A stretch of DNA of 64,000 nucleotides, taken from the NCBI GenBank assembly GCA_010015805.1, contig ML978140.1, positions 62,001-126,000 of the forward strand, written 5' to 3'. Positions 25,045 to 37,817 of this stretch are shown one piece after another. The first letter of the stretch is position 1. Each line of letters opens with the position of its first letter. The translations under genes were made by a program, and so were the position numbers. The notes below the pieces were generated by a model. The model saw only the letters and a program-made list of their open reading frames with translations. It did no database searches and was not told the origin of the DNA. This DNA comes from Rhizodiscina lignyota. Lineage: Eukaryota.

Positions 25045-27108
25045 ATGCGGTTCTTGACAATTGTGGCTGCTGCCACTTTCGCATCGTTTTGCTCTGCAGC
25101 TCCTCGACCCAACGCCAACCACGTCCTTCACGAAAAGCGTGATGGCGAACCTCACCAATGGTCCAGGCGAGATCGCGCGTTTGGGAATGAGATGCTGCCC
25201 ATCAGAATCGGTCTTCGTCAGAGAAATCTCGAGCATGCAGAGAGATACATAAATGACATTGCGGACCCAGATTCGCCAAACTTTGGTATATTTGAGCAGT
25301 TTCACCTCGCACCGATAGCGTTGCTGACAATGGCATTTCCATACAGGCAAGCATTGGAACGCGGAAAAGGTCGCCAACACGTTTGCACCTCACCCAGAAA
25401 CCAAGGCCACCGTGACGGATTGGTTGATTGAATCCGGAATTGCTCCTTCTCGACTCTCATTCTCAAAGGGTCAGCAGAACACAACCGTCTGTATGCATGT
25501 GTCAAAATGCTAATTGTGCCCAGGCCACAACTGGGTACAGTTTGACGGCACCGTGGAAGAGGCAGAACGTCTCTTCGCCACGGAATACTGGTACTACAAG
25601 CACGCGGATTCAAGTGGACATCGTCTTGCCTGTGATTCGTATAGTCTGCCTCAGCATGTGCAAAAGCACGTCGATTTCGTCATGCCGACTATCCAACTTG
25701 ATGGTCTTAAACCGGTAGCGAACGTAAACGGCGTCGTCTCGGTGAAGGAATTTGCCAGCGGCGCGAAGCTGGGCTCGGAGCCTTGTGGAGAACTCATCAC
25801 TATCGAGTGTCTGCGAGCCCTCTATAACTTCCCTGCAGGCAAAACGGCAACGCCAAGCAATGAGATGGGTATTGGTGAATGGGCAGATTACCTCTATGAG
25901 CCCGATCTGCCGACCTTCTTCAAAAACTTTACCAAGCCGCAGATCCCGGCCGATACGAAGCCCGACTTTATCTCAATTGATGGCGGCAAGACGGCTAATA
26001 AGACCACTGTCGCTCAAGGCGCGGGCGTAGAGTCAGCCTTGGACTTCCAGACGTCGTACTCTATTATCTACCCCCAAAAGATCCGTTTGTATCAAGTTGG
26101 TGATTCTGTCAACATTGATAGCGTCGGTACATTCAACATCTTTCTCGATGCTCTAGACGCCTCATACTGCACATATGAGGGCGGGGACCAACCCTACGTT
26201 GATCCCGCGTACCCAGATCCCAACGAGGGTGGCTATACCGGTCCTCTGCAATGCGGTGGTGCTCCGAAATCGAACGTGATGTCTTTCTCATATGGCCAGA
26301 TCGAAGGAGCTCTTCCGTACTTCTATCAGCATCGTCAGTGTCACGAGTGGATGAAGCTCGCCCTCCAAGGAGTTAGTGTCATTTTTGCAAGCGGCGATTC
26401 CGGTGTCGCTAATCGGTATAACGCGGGATATCCAAACTCATGTCTCAACGCAGAGCAAGATTACGTCGACAACAACGGAACTCGCTACTCTCCTTCATTC
26501 CCCGTTAACTGCCCGTATGTCACCGCAGGTAAGCTACCCTCATATCCCTCATGTACAATGCACGTCACTGATATCTACCGCTAGTCGGCGCAACTACCCT
26601 CAATACCAACGACACGAAAGACGGCGAGCGCGCTGTCAATAGCTTCGGCTCCGGCGGTGGATTCTCCAACTACTTCGAGCTTCCCTCATACCAGGCCTCC
26701 GTCGTGAAGCACTTCATGTCCAAGTACGCGCCAAACTACGGCCCCAACGTCTACAACGACTCTGGTATTGTACGTGGCTTCCCCGATGTGTCTGCCATCG
26801 GTCTCGATGTTGCTACCGTGTTCAACGACCAGACTCTCGGCGTCGGCGGCACGAGCGCGAGCGCTCCGATCGTGGGTGGTATTGTGACGCTGTTGAATGA
26901 GGCTAGACTTGAGGCAGGTAAGGGCCCGATTGGGTTCCTGAACCCAACGTTTTATAAGAATCCGGGCGCGTTTAACGACATTACGATTGGGAATAATTCA
27001 GGTTGTGGCTCTGGAGGGTTTAATGCTGTCCCTGGTTGGGATCCTGTTACCGGTCTTGGTACACCAAACTTCCAGAAGCTGAAGAAGGTGTTTTTGGATC
27101 TGCCCTGA
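25045..27108 (+). CDS. Secreted S53 sedolisin/tripeptidyl peptidase (aorsin-like), 4 exons
   Basis: Signal peptide MRFLTIVAAA; prodomain HVLHEKR...LPIRIGLRQRN; catalytic ESALD, SGDSG, GGTSASAP; Ca site GWDPVTGLGTP. Confidence 0.93.
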
Positions 27109-28021
27109 GATGAACGAGAAGCACTAATGCCTCTGGAGCTTTGGGCCCCAGTTGATGTATATTTATGGCATAGTGACGGCCGACGCTGCATGCTCCGGCT
27201 TGCCATGTGATTATATGACATGTCAATATAATAGTCTTGAGCAAGGCTGAGAGGATACGGTGAATATGTGACCCGCCAAAAAAGGAAAGGTCTGCTTTGC
27301 CAGCAAGCGACAGAATGGGATTTCTGAGCAGGGACAGCTTGAACGGTTATCAACGATACTTATACAAGAGGAATCCACATGAGAGCAGTATGAAGCTAAG
27401 CGCTTCATAATTGAATCTTCCCATTGGGAAATCCCGAAAGTCAAGAAAGTCGAGATCGACAGGGACTGGTGCAGATCCTCCAAGCTTCACAAAGAGATAA
27501 GGGCTTGGATTTCTTGTTTAAAGAGAGCCGATTCTATCTTTAAAAAAAAGAAGAAAAGGAACAAATAACTGACTTCGCAAACACAATAGGGCATTTTCGA
27601 AAGTCCCTTTATACAGCGAGGTTTGCTCCGCAAGTCACAATACGAAGTACAAGGATACGTCAATATACAGAGCTTTTAGACCTCGGGAGTTCGATCCCTT
27701 GGCAATCATGACGTGGACCGACTTACCCAAAGGGATAGACTTTTTGTTTGGTCCATTTCTTGTCTGGCTGATCGTGTAATTAACTGGGCTGTCTTTGTAC
27801 CAAATATCCCTTCGACGTTCTAAATTCCTAGTTGTGCCGTCCTTCAATCCTTCAACCAACTCTTCGGATTCTGAAATTTAGTTTGCAGGTTTCTCATTCC
27901 AAAGAACAGAGTGGGTACCCAGCCTGAAGGGTATTAAAACCAAAGTCTGCTCACGTCATCAATTAGATATTATAGTCTCAAAGTCAGATTTATTGTCGAT
28001 CGGCTGCTACAATACAACAAT

Positions 28022-28726
28022 ATGCCAACGACTATTCCCGACCTCCATGTACAAGACCATGGCTTCACATTGTCGAACGGGACACGCATATCCCACCAAA
28101 CTGGCAGCATAACCAAGACACCATTTACAAATCTCGGCTTTCCAGTCAACATGCACGAGCTCTCCGCCAGCGCCTCGACAACCCTCGATCCGGAGACACA
28201 GCGCCCAGTAACTTTTGCGGGACAATTCGGTCTGATCGACTTTGATACGACTGTCAGGTTGCCTCGACATGTGCACATCGCACCACCAGACAGCATTGAG
28301 ACAGAGAAGCAACGATTCGTAGCAGAGAGGATCCTCGTTCTCAATGGAGTAGCTATGGTCGAGCTCAACGGCGAGGTGTACGTCATCCCGCCCAGGACGC
28401 TAGTCACTATCGCACCAGGAGTACCGCATACGTGGACAGCGTGTCCGGCTGGAGTATCACCTGCTTCTGTCATGTCCCCGGGGAAGAAGGATGGCGCGGA
28501 TCAGTGTGTGAGCGAAGGGCGGTTCCTCATGGTATACGAGTATGCGGAGGAGACGGGCTTCTTTCCAACCAGGCAGACGGACACTATGAAAAATGTGTCC
28601 AAATATGTCAGAGCTGGAGATGAGGAGTTGGAGGGATTGAGATTCCCAGGGCTGAGCAAGGAGCAGGCTTTGGAGAGCGCGTGGATTGTTTGGGGAAAGG
28701 ACTGTAAGAGATTCGGAAAGGGGTAA
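28022..28726 (+). CDS. Cupin-fold protein of unknown function
   Basis: 234-aa single ORF with LPRHVH and YVIPPRTLVTIAPGVPHTW (cupin motif 2-like). Confidence 0.7.
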   Translation: MPTTIPDLHVQDHGFTLSNGTRISHQTGSITKTPFTNLGFPVNMHELSASASTTLDPETQRPVTFAGQFGLIDFDTTVRLPRHVHIAPPDSIETEKQRFVAERILVLNGVAMVELNGEVYVIPPRTLVTIAPGVPHTWTACPAGVSPASVMSPGKKDGADQCVSEGRFLMVYEYAEETGFFPTRQTDTMKNVSKYVRAGDEELEGLRFPGLSKEQALESAWIVWGKDCKRFGKG

Positions 28727-29465
28727 AAAGCCCCACCGATTTCGTTAATACCTTGAACACTTTATGAGTGAGATATTAGGAATGAATGAAACCACTTCAA
28801 GGCTTCAAGCTCACATTAACGGACTTCTTTACATGAACGACCCTAAACCCAAGCAAGCAGAGAGCACCATAGTGATTTCGGAGATTCGAATTTCAATCAT
28901 AGCATTCTACTTGAAGTGTCTCAAGCCAAGGAGGAAGAATGGGTTGTTGATATTTGATAGAGTTTGCAAGACGAGATGGTGACGGCTCAGCCTCGGTATA
29001 GCACTAGGATAAAATAGATTCGCTCTAGTCGAAAAGGGTTAGTCGCTTGAGGGCGGAGATTCAGGGTGAACTTTGGACTCTGCGCACAAGGCTGGCAGCG
29101 CTGAATTCGCCTTGAATCTCTGCAATCTCAGCTACATAAGATAGAGCACTCTGCCTGGACTGTAGCCAAACATGATGTGCTCTTACACCTTTCGGTAACC
29201 AGTCTTTGCCCTGCGCATCAACCATTGCACCTGGATCCGCAGAGCATATCGTGCTCAATCTCCTGCAACCCTTTCTTTAACGCTGATCATAAGTCCGTAC
29301 TAACATCTTGCTATGAGTCTTGTGGAGAAACTGCCATAAAATATCCTTTTACGGCTGTCCGTCTACCACTGACACTCAGAACGTCGACCTCCAGTTTGAA
29401 GCTTTCGTTTACGATATACGTACCTGTACAGCAAAGTAAACGCGATATCTCAACCAACCTTCGCT

Positions 29466-32165
29466 ATGGACATCAGTCGCCTCATCCAAGGCGATTTGGA
29501 CATCCTGTAGATGCTGACATTGGGCCTCCGAAGAAGGGGAGAAGAAGAAGCCGAGATCGGCCCAAAGAGTTTAAGTGTGCTCACTCGGGATGTGGGAGGA
29601 GTTATTCAAGGGCTGAACATTTGTATCGTCATCAATTAAATCGTAAGTTTTCGAAGTTCCTCATTCGCCGTTTACTTGCACTATGTACTTGCTATGGTAT
29701 AACAATATGATCAAGGAAGGAGACACTGACTGATTAATGTCTAGATAACCCCAAACAGTTATATAAATGCGATTTCGCAGACTGCCAACGGTCATTTGTA
29801 CGCCAGGATTTGTGCGTGCGGCATAGAGAGCGACATATTACTCGTGGATCTCGACTTCTCCGCAAAGACAGCCCTGCGCAGACCCCGAACCCAATTGCAT
29901 CACCAGATGGCACTTCTCACAGACACTCCGATGAATCGATTGCGATACTTCAACAATGGCTTGACCTGCATTCAACAGCGCCGTACCCTTCGAAGACAGA
30001 CAAGGAAGAACTGGCCAACATATCTGGTCTTAAAGTCGCTCAGATTTCTCACTGGTTCCGAAACACCCGAAGTCGCTGGAGTCCACCCCTTCTCGATTGG
30101 CTTTCTTCACCGCCAGCTGATGAAGCGGCGTCACCAGAAGCCATTCAGATGGCACTAGACTCCTCTATTCCCATGCTAGGTAAGACCATCGCTAGTCACT
30201 TTATTCCTCAATGAATTGCCTTACTCGCCTTTCTTCTGCCACTGAGAAATCTAACTCTTTCTCCGGAATACAGAAACCTTTGGTCGAAGCCCACACGCAA
30301 GCCCGGCCAATAGCGTAAACTCGGCATTTTCCCAATGTTCAGATGAGGTATATGCGGGAGCACCAAGAAAAGGAAGAAGGAAATTCTCCATGCCGATGGA
30401 GAGGAGTCCAGCAAGTCGAAATCAAAGCCCACACTATGGCTTCTTCTCGGATATGCCAGGGTTAATACGGGAAAGCAGCAATTCCTGGTCAGGCTCAGGA
30501 GGTATTTCTCCCCAAGCTCAACATATTGTCCCAACCCCGCCTCTGGATATCCAGCTGCCTGGAACGATATCACCGAAACATCTCGGCATTGGTGAATATC
30601 TGTCATGCCACCTGCGACCTCCCAACCCAGGCCCATCAATTACAGAAAGGATGATTGACCTAAACACTGGATATTTTCCACTGCCTCCAGAATATAGCCC
30701 TGGCAAGTCGTCGGCATCCTACAAGTGTGACCACCCAGGGTGCACTGCTGCACCCTTCCAGACCCAGTATCTTCTGAAGTGAGTCTTGAAAACAACACTG
30801 AAATATCTTTCACTGGAGTAGTTTTGGAATGCTAATCTGCTACGCCAGCTCTCATGCGAACGTCCATTCTCAAAATCGCCCACATTACTGCCCTGTGCCC
30901 TGCAGTGCACGCAGTAAAGATGGTAAAGGATTCAAACGCAAGAACGACCTGATCCGCCATGGTCGATTTCACGAGTGTCCTGGTTATGTGTGCCCCTTTT
31001 GCCCAGATGGCAAACTTAAATATCCACGTGCGGTCAATCTGCAGCGACATGTCAGAGCTCATCACTTGGATATAGACCCAGACGATCTGCGGCTCAGGGA
31101 CGCTTTGAAACGAGTTCCCGTCACAGGGGAACGTGGGCACAGGAGTAGCGAGATTCACACTCCTCCAGAAAGTGCGCAAGTGCCATTTCCGTCCGACTCC
31201 AGAACGCTTGACGGTTCTTTGGGTGTATCTAATGCAGGTGTGATCCAAGCTGTATCGCAAAACATGTGTACAAAACATCCCGCATCAGACAAATAGACCA
31301 ACTGCAGAATCCTAAAAGCGACACTTTTCAAAACTGGTACGAGGCCTTTGACCCAGTGTATCCTGGTCCGGAAGGTTTACCATCAGCAGCCATCTTCTCA
31401 GAACCCCTCACTCCTTTCGACGATTTCTGTGATTCTCTCGATGATACTCGATTTTCACATCATATTATGAACAACGGTCTTTCGGAGTACCCATATAAAC
31501 ACTGCAATATGGATGAAGTATTTCGAACTTCTTCGCCACCACGGTTTTCTGCCAGTGGACCCGCTCCTGTCGAAAAGACTTCTCCAAATGAAGAGGCCAA
31601 CCCGAAGCCGAAGAATGAGCCATTGTACCAATGCACATTCTGTCATCAGAACCTGACATCAAAATCATGGAAGAGACACGAAGCTTCTATTCATCTGCCC
31701 CAATCCCAATGGGTTTGCCAGCTCAATGGCGGTTGCGTCCATTCACCCTCCAAATCAATGGACGGTTCCCCGATTGACTCAAAACACTGCGTCTTCTGTG
31801 GGATCCTCGATCCTGATAACGATCATTTCGAGTCAAATCACAGATCCGCTGAATGCGCCTTGAAGCCAGTCGCTGAACGAAGTTTCCAGCGCAAGGATCA
31901 CTTGAAACAGCATTGCCGCCTTGTTCATGAAGGCTTTGTTCCCAACAATCAAGTCCTGGAATCATGGCAGGTACAAGCGGATTACAGTCATCACCGCTGG
32001 TCTTGCGGTTTCTGTGGCGAGAAACTAGAGGGATGGGACGAGCGAGCGAAGCACATCAGAAAGCACTTTCAAGCCGGACTGACAATGGCTGACTGGAATT
32101 CGGAGAAATGCCTTGAGACCGATGCCGATGGGCTATTCAATGAGTTCACTGAATATCTCGAGTAG
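29466..32165 (+). CDS. Mosaic transcription factor: 2 C2H2 + TALE-type homeodomain + 3 C2H2 + C-terminal C2H2 cluster (start uncertain)
   Basis: In-phase GT-AG introns 29643-29744, 30180-30342, 30779-30848 and 31237-31296 join CAHSGCGRSYSRAEHLYRHQLNH, APYPSKTDKEELANISGL...WFRNTRSR, CTAAPFQTQYLLNSHANVH...CPFC...NLQRHVRAHH and YQCTFC...WKRHE...CGFCG. Confidence 0.8.
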
Positions 32166-32765
32166 AGCTATTGGTCGAACTTGATAACTCTATTTCCAGC
32201 AATTCTTTTTCATGTTTAGCTAGTTCAAATTCAGCGTTCTTCAGACTCTAGGGTTTTAACATCCGGAATTAGCGGTAGGATTTCACTCATTCAATAATAC
32301 ATCACCCTCCGCAGATACAGACGCTCGTTCTAATTTGGCGTGACCAAACTTGAAGTACACAGTATTACCCAACCCACAAATGGAGATGTTGAAAGCACGA
32401 GCTCATGCATCCCCGCTTGCCCAAAGCCAACCACCGGACCCGCACGCTATACGCGGATTTAAGATTTTCCCGAGCCAATCTCATTGGACTTCGAAACTGA
32501 GAGAGGCCCGAGGATCCGAGTGGGTGTATCCATTTTGTACTAGAAAAACAACAAATGCTATGTGCCGAAGATGGCTCTTCGATCCTTACGGCAGGAGTCA
32601 TGGCCTATTGGACCCAAGACCGTATCAAAAACCAGTAAATCCAGCGTGATGGAACCGAGGCTTCAGACGCGTGTCGCCTATTTAATGCGGGGAGCCCCAA
32701 TGCAAGACACTCTTGATTTCAAGCGTCCCCGGAGTGTGTTCAGAGCTATTTCAGCTTTTTAAAGA

Positions 32766-33948
32766 ATGCGTGCAGCAAGATTCTACAACCAAGGCGACAT
32801 CCGGGTAGAAGAGGTGCCCGAACCACGACTCAGCGATGGCAAAGTCCTCGTCGACGTGGAATGGTGCGGGATATGTGGAAGCGATCTCCATGACTTTACG
32901 ATGGGACCGTTCATGCTGCCAACGAAACCGCATCGGGTAACGGGAGAGACAATACCACTCGCGCAGGGACACGAGTTTTGTGGCCGCGTGAGGAATCCCC
33001 CAGATGGCTCGAAACTCAAGGATGGTGAAGCTGTCATGGTCGATCCGAGGATGCTCTGTAGAGAATGCATGGCGTGCAAGAGTGGCAAGACGGCCTGCTG
33101 CCAGCGCCTGGGATACATCGGCGGCGCCACGAATGGTGGGTATGCGGAGCGCGTTGTGGTCGAGGAGCGGAGCCTTTATCCCCTGGGCAATATTCCTCTA
33201 GAATACGCCGCTGTTATCGAGCCACTAGCCGTTGTGCACCACGCCGTCAAAGAGAGTGCCATTCAGGATTGGAACGACAAGAGTGTTCTCGTTCTCGGTG
33301 GAGGTCCGATTGGCTTTGCGCTGGTTCTGCTTCTACGAGCACACGGAGCCTCCAACATCACTGTTTCAGAACCCGCATCGATACGGCGGGAGCAAGTTGC
33401 GGAGTTTGCGAAGAATGTGATCAATCCAATCAACGAGAACGTTGGGGACGTGTGCAGATCATTTACAAACGGGAAGGGTGTCGACGTTGTGTTTGATTGC
33501 GCAGGCGTCCCTATCGCCCTTGAAGCAGGCTTTGATGCATTGGGCTTTGGAGGTCTTTTCATTGAGGTTGCTGTTTGGGAGAAACCGGTATGATTGCAGA
33601 TGCTCGTTATTGATAATATCTCTAACACCACTTGATGCAGATGACAATTCCGTCCTTGAAACTCCTGGCTAAGCACATTACCCTGAAAGGCGTGTTTATC
33701 TTTAATACAGAAGATTTCCAAGAGGTTATGCAATGGATGGCAGAGGGTGAGTTTGTCACTGCTACTGAGTGCATTGCAAGCCCGTTTCCAGACGGGGCTA
33801 ATCATGTGCAGGACGAATCAAGGGTTACGAGAAAATGGTTACAGCGCGCATTGGGCTTGATGACATCGTCGATAAAGGATTTAAAGAGCTCGTCAATAAT
33901 AAAGACAGTCACATTAAGATTTTGGTAAATCCTAGATTGAAAGAGTAG
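32766..33948 (+). CDS. Zn-dependent medium-chain dehydrogenase (2,3-butanediol/polyol dehydrogenase-like), 3 exons
   Basis: WCGICGSDLH, GHEFCG, four-Cys structural Zn site, EPLAV, GGGPIG, FDCAG; last exon ends HIKILVNPRLKE-stop. Confidence 0.92.
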
Positions 33949-34324
33949 ATCATTGCGAGATTACGCGGACGAAGTTCCGCTGGAATAGAGCCAGTCAATC
34001 ATGCCTTTATTGCAGCCTTTGTAATTCTGCTTTACCTTCACCAAGACGATCCTTTGCAACAGTAATGATGATATTAATCATATCTACATCGTATTCTTGT
34101 CATCTGTAAATCAACAGAGCTGTGGTATCGATTTCGGTGCACGTGTGGCCGCCCGTAGAATTCCTTCTCCCAATCTTTCACAATCTTGGCAATTCTACAT
34201 TAACTGACCTTGACTGAATCATCTTTCTAACGTTTCAACCATCTAGACTGCCCTTCCCTTATCCTTCTATGCCAAGAGCGCGATTGTAATACTCTCTGTA
34301 GGTATCATAAAGCTCTCCATGATC

Positions 34325-36115
34325 TTAGACTTCCTGCACCTTCTCCTCCGTCTTCTCCTCTGTATGCTCCACATGATCCTTGCTGGATCTGGCATCTGCT
34401 TCAACCGCACCTGGACCGCTGCCAATGCTGAATCGCCGAGCGTAGTTCTGCATGTCCTCAGGTAAGAACAGGCTGTCGATATCCTCAAGGGACATGTTGC
34501 CGGTCTCGGGGTAGAAGTACCAGATGATTGGAACAAAAGCAGCATTAGTACATGTGAAGAGGATATAAGTTTTGTAGCCGATTCGATTGATGAGAACTGG
34601 GGTGATCATGACGATGAAGAAGTTCCTGCGCAGATGAGTTAGCGAGAACAGTTTGAGAAGCAAGTGTTGCATTCGGGGACGCATACCAAAGCCAGTGAGC
34701 GCTAACTGAGATAGCGGTCCCTCGAGTTCGAGCTTCGAGCGGTAGGATCTCCGGGCCCTTTGAAGTATGATCAGTGCATGAAGACTGATAGACATGAGGA
34801 ATTACTCACATAGACCCAAGGAACCACATTAATTGTCGCGCCAAATATAAGCATGAACTGGAACAAAATCAATAAATGCCGCCATTGTTCGATGGTAACC
34901 ACTTACCAGAAAGAAGAACGCTATAGCCGCCGAAGATGTATCCTTCCGACCGAAGCTCAGGAGGATCGTGATCATCATCATGCAAAAGCTCAGTAGACCC
35001 GCGCCAATTAGCATCGTCATTTTCCTCCCCATCCTGTCTAGTGCAAGTGCAGGCAAGGTATTGCCGACAATGAACATCAGCTCCACGAAGCCTGCGATTA
35101 AGAGTGAGGTATTTCGAGCAAGGCCGACGTTCTCGACCAATACACTGGGCATGTAGTAGACTACGAGGTTAATGCCGCCCATTTGGTTCATGAACAAGCC
35201 GAACCATGCGAGGATCACTCGTTTTCTGGTCTGCAGTACGTCTTTCTTGAATACCGACCAAACTTTCTCGGTGCCTTCATGAGTTTCGAGGGCGATTGCG
35301 GCGCGAATGGCTTCGATCTCGCTCGCAACATACGGGTCGTCGTGTGGAAGATCGAAGACGGCACAGAGGACGTCGTGCGCTTCATCTTCGCGGCCGCGCT
35401 TAGCCAGCCAGCGAGGTGATTCGGGTAGACCCCATACGACGAAGACGACAATGATTGCAAATATCAGCTGAATTGCAATGGGTGTGCGCCATGCTGCGGC
35501 GGAATTGACATAAGAGAAGCCGTAGTCGACCCAGTACGCCAAGACGATACCGACCCCTGAGATGAATTATTGGTCTGATGTCCCAGCGGCGACGACTCTG
35601 CCTAAGGTACGAACCGATAAACCAGATCTCCCATGACACAAGTCTCCCTCTCCATTCCTTCCGGGAGAGTTCCGATTGATACATTGGCACAGTGCTTGAA
35701 TCAATTCCAGTACCGAAACCTATGAGTTATCAGCATAAATTGTGCTGCTTCAGGCGAGGAGAAGCCCACCCGTGATGATTCTGCCGACGATGAGATGAGC
35801 TAGTTTGAAAGCACTTGTCTGAAGTGTTGCCCCAACAAGGATGAAGCACATGGCTAGCCAAATCATTCGCCTACGTCCTAACATGTCGCCAATCGCAAAG
35901 TTGATGCCACAGCCTACAAGCGAGCCCAAGCAGTAGCTTCCGACAGTGATGCCGGTGACTGAGTCGCTAGGATGTTTGAACTGTGCCAGCCAATGTGGGT
36001 TCTGCAGCAAGCCGCTGAAGACACCCTGATCATAGCCGAAGAATAGAAAAGCCGACAGGCATGCAACATAGATTGCGGCTCTTAGAGGCGCACCGCGCCC
36101 GTAGCACGTGCGCAT
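34325..36115 (-). CDS. MFS sugar porter (STL1-like polyol/sugar:H+ symporter), multi-exon
   Basis: FFGYDQGV, LGRRR, PMYQSE, PESPRWL, MNQMGGINLVVYY, DRMGRK, YPETGNMSLEDID. Confidence 0.92.
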
Positions 36116-36336
36116 GCTTGCAGAGTTGATATGAGAGTCTCAAGGATGTGAAAATGAAGGTCGAAGGACGGAAGTAAATCCATAGCTGGGAGTCTGATAT
36201 ATGAATGACCGAGATAGACATCTTTGCCCGAGGTGAAACCACACGCCATGGATTGAGGCTTGTCGGATATTGTATCATAGTACAGCTTGGTGGCACGACA
36301 TCTTGCCCGTAGTGTGCCCTGCCCTGTCTCTTGGGA

Positions 36337-36893
36337 GCGGGGGACGGAACGAAGTCCTGCGGAAGTTCTACGCCGTTACTCGTGCGCAAAATGGGATCAT
36401 ACAATGCTCACGGTGATGAGTATGGGCAGACGAAGATGGATAAGGGAAGATCGACGTTCAAGCTAATGCCCCCTCGTGCGGGGTGCATTAACACAGATTA
36501 CCGAAGTCATTCAGTCCACACTGTGGAGAACGGTAATGATGATATCTGAGCATAAAGGCGTCTTGAGAAACATATCGAGATTGAGTCGGCGTTGAGTGGA
36601 GAGGAATGATAGAGCATTGTACAGCCGCGCGAAGGGGATGGAAGAGTGCTCAGGAAACCTACGTCTTCAAACGTCAGCCAATAGTGACAGCCGTGTTACA
36701 GATTGACGACTGTTTGAACTATAGCTTAGCTTCAGAATATCGCAATTCAAGATGTATTCTGCTACATACAAAAGAATGAGGTTGTCAGAAAAGAGGCAGC
36801 GCTGGCCGGCGAGGTTCGAGAATAGGGTACCAGAAAGAGCGGGGAGCCGACTTTTCTCCGAGACCCCATTCAGGAAGGAGAGTTTGGGTGGGG
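36337..36893. promoter_or_regulatory. Cluster of CreA/Mig1 SYGGRG sites upstream of the sugar porter
   Basis: GCGGGG at 36337, 36478 and 36839; GTGGAG at 36523 and 36596; GTGGGG at 36888. Confidence 0.4.
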
Positions 36894-37156
36894 TGTGCCC
36901 ATATCTTGGGTGCGACATGCCCCTGATTTCCAGGCATCTCTGTCACCCAAGTCTCCCTCCGTACTTAATATCGTCGTCCTTCACACTCTGAAGTTCTTTA
37001 TCCGCAGTCAACATAAGTAAGATACCATTTCATGAGGACCAACTACAGCAAAAGATATGTTTCGGCTTCCACAGCTGGTTTCATTGCCGGTGGAGCACTT
37101 CATAACTCGAAAGTCTTCGTAATCACATCGTCGACTCTCAATTGGTCAAAACGTCA

Positions 37157-37817
37157 TCACATCTTTCCCTTTTCTTCTTTTATTCCTACCAGCTTCAAGC
37201 TATCTGACCAAAGCCTGTCTTCTTTCTCCTGGTCATAAGCCCAAGGTGCATGTCCCTCATCTGAGGGATCCATAATATCTCCCCCTGGAACAGCCCTATC
37301 TCCATACAATTGCTCAAATAACAACCGCCTTTACCTTCCCACTCTGCGCCAACAGCTGCATACACTGATGTTGCAGCGCCCCGTGCATGTGTTGCCATAC
37401 CACCAGCATTACAGATAAGCAAGTTCAGCTTATTGCCACTTGTTTAAAATTTAAGGAAAGATCCTGCTCCTTTACGGACGGAGGCCAGGTCATCCAACAT
37501 CATAGTAATCATATGAATTGGCGCATTCTTTGCAGCAGTGCGATTCGGAGAATCACATTTCAGAATGTCGTCCGTAACCTTTTCTCCTTTGGTTGTGTCG
37601 CGGACCATGATGTAGACTGTTGCACCGGTCGTGTGCAAGGCTCGAGTCGTCTCAGCACCGATAGAAGCGCTACCGTAGGTGACTAGGAAGATTTTGTCAG
37701 TCCATTTACCTCGAGATTCTCATCGTGAATGATGCGAAGGGCAGTCCGGCGAGCGTCGTTTGCACCTCGAGGCGCGCTGTAGACAGAATAGTGTTTTGAA
37801 CTTGGCGATGCGAGCAT
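37157..37817 (-). pseudogene. Decayed SDR (WWOX/retinol-DH-like) gene
   Basis: PRGANDARRTALRII, frameshift near 37710, LVTYGSASIG (degenerate TGxxxGIG), in-frame TAA at 37446-37444, LICNAGGMAT fused directly to GAATSVYAA (catalytic core deleted), and a further frameshift before HAPWAYDQE...RLW. Confidence 0.8.
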
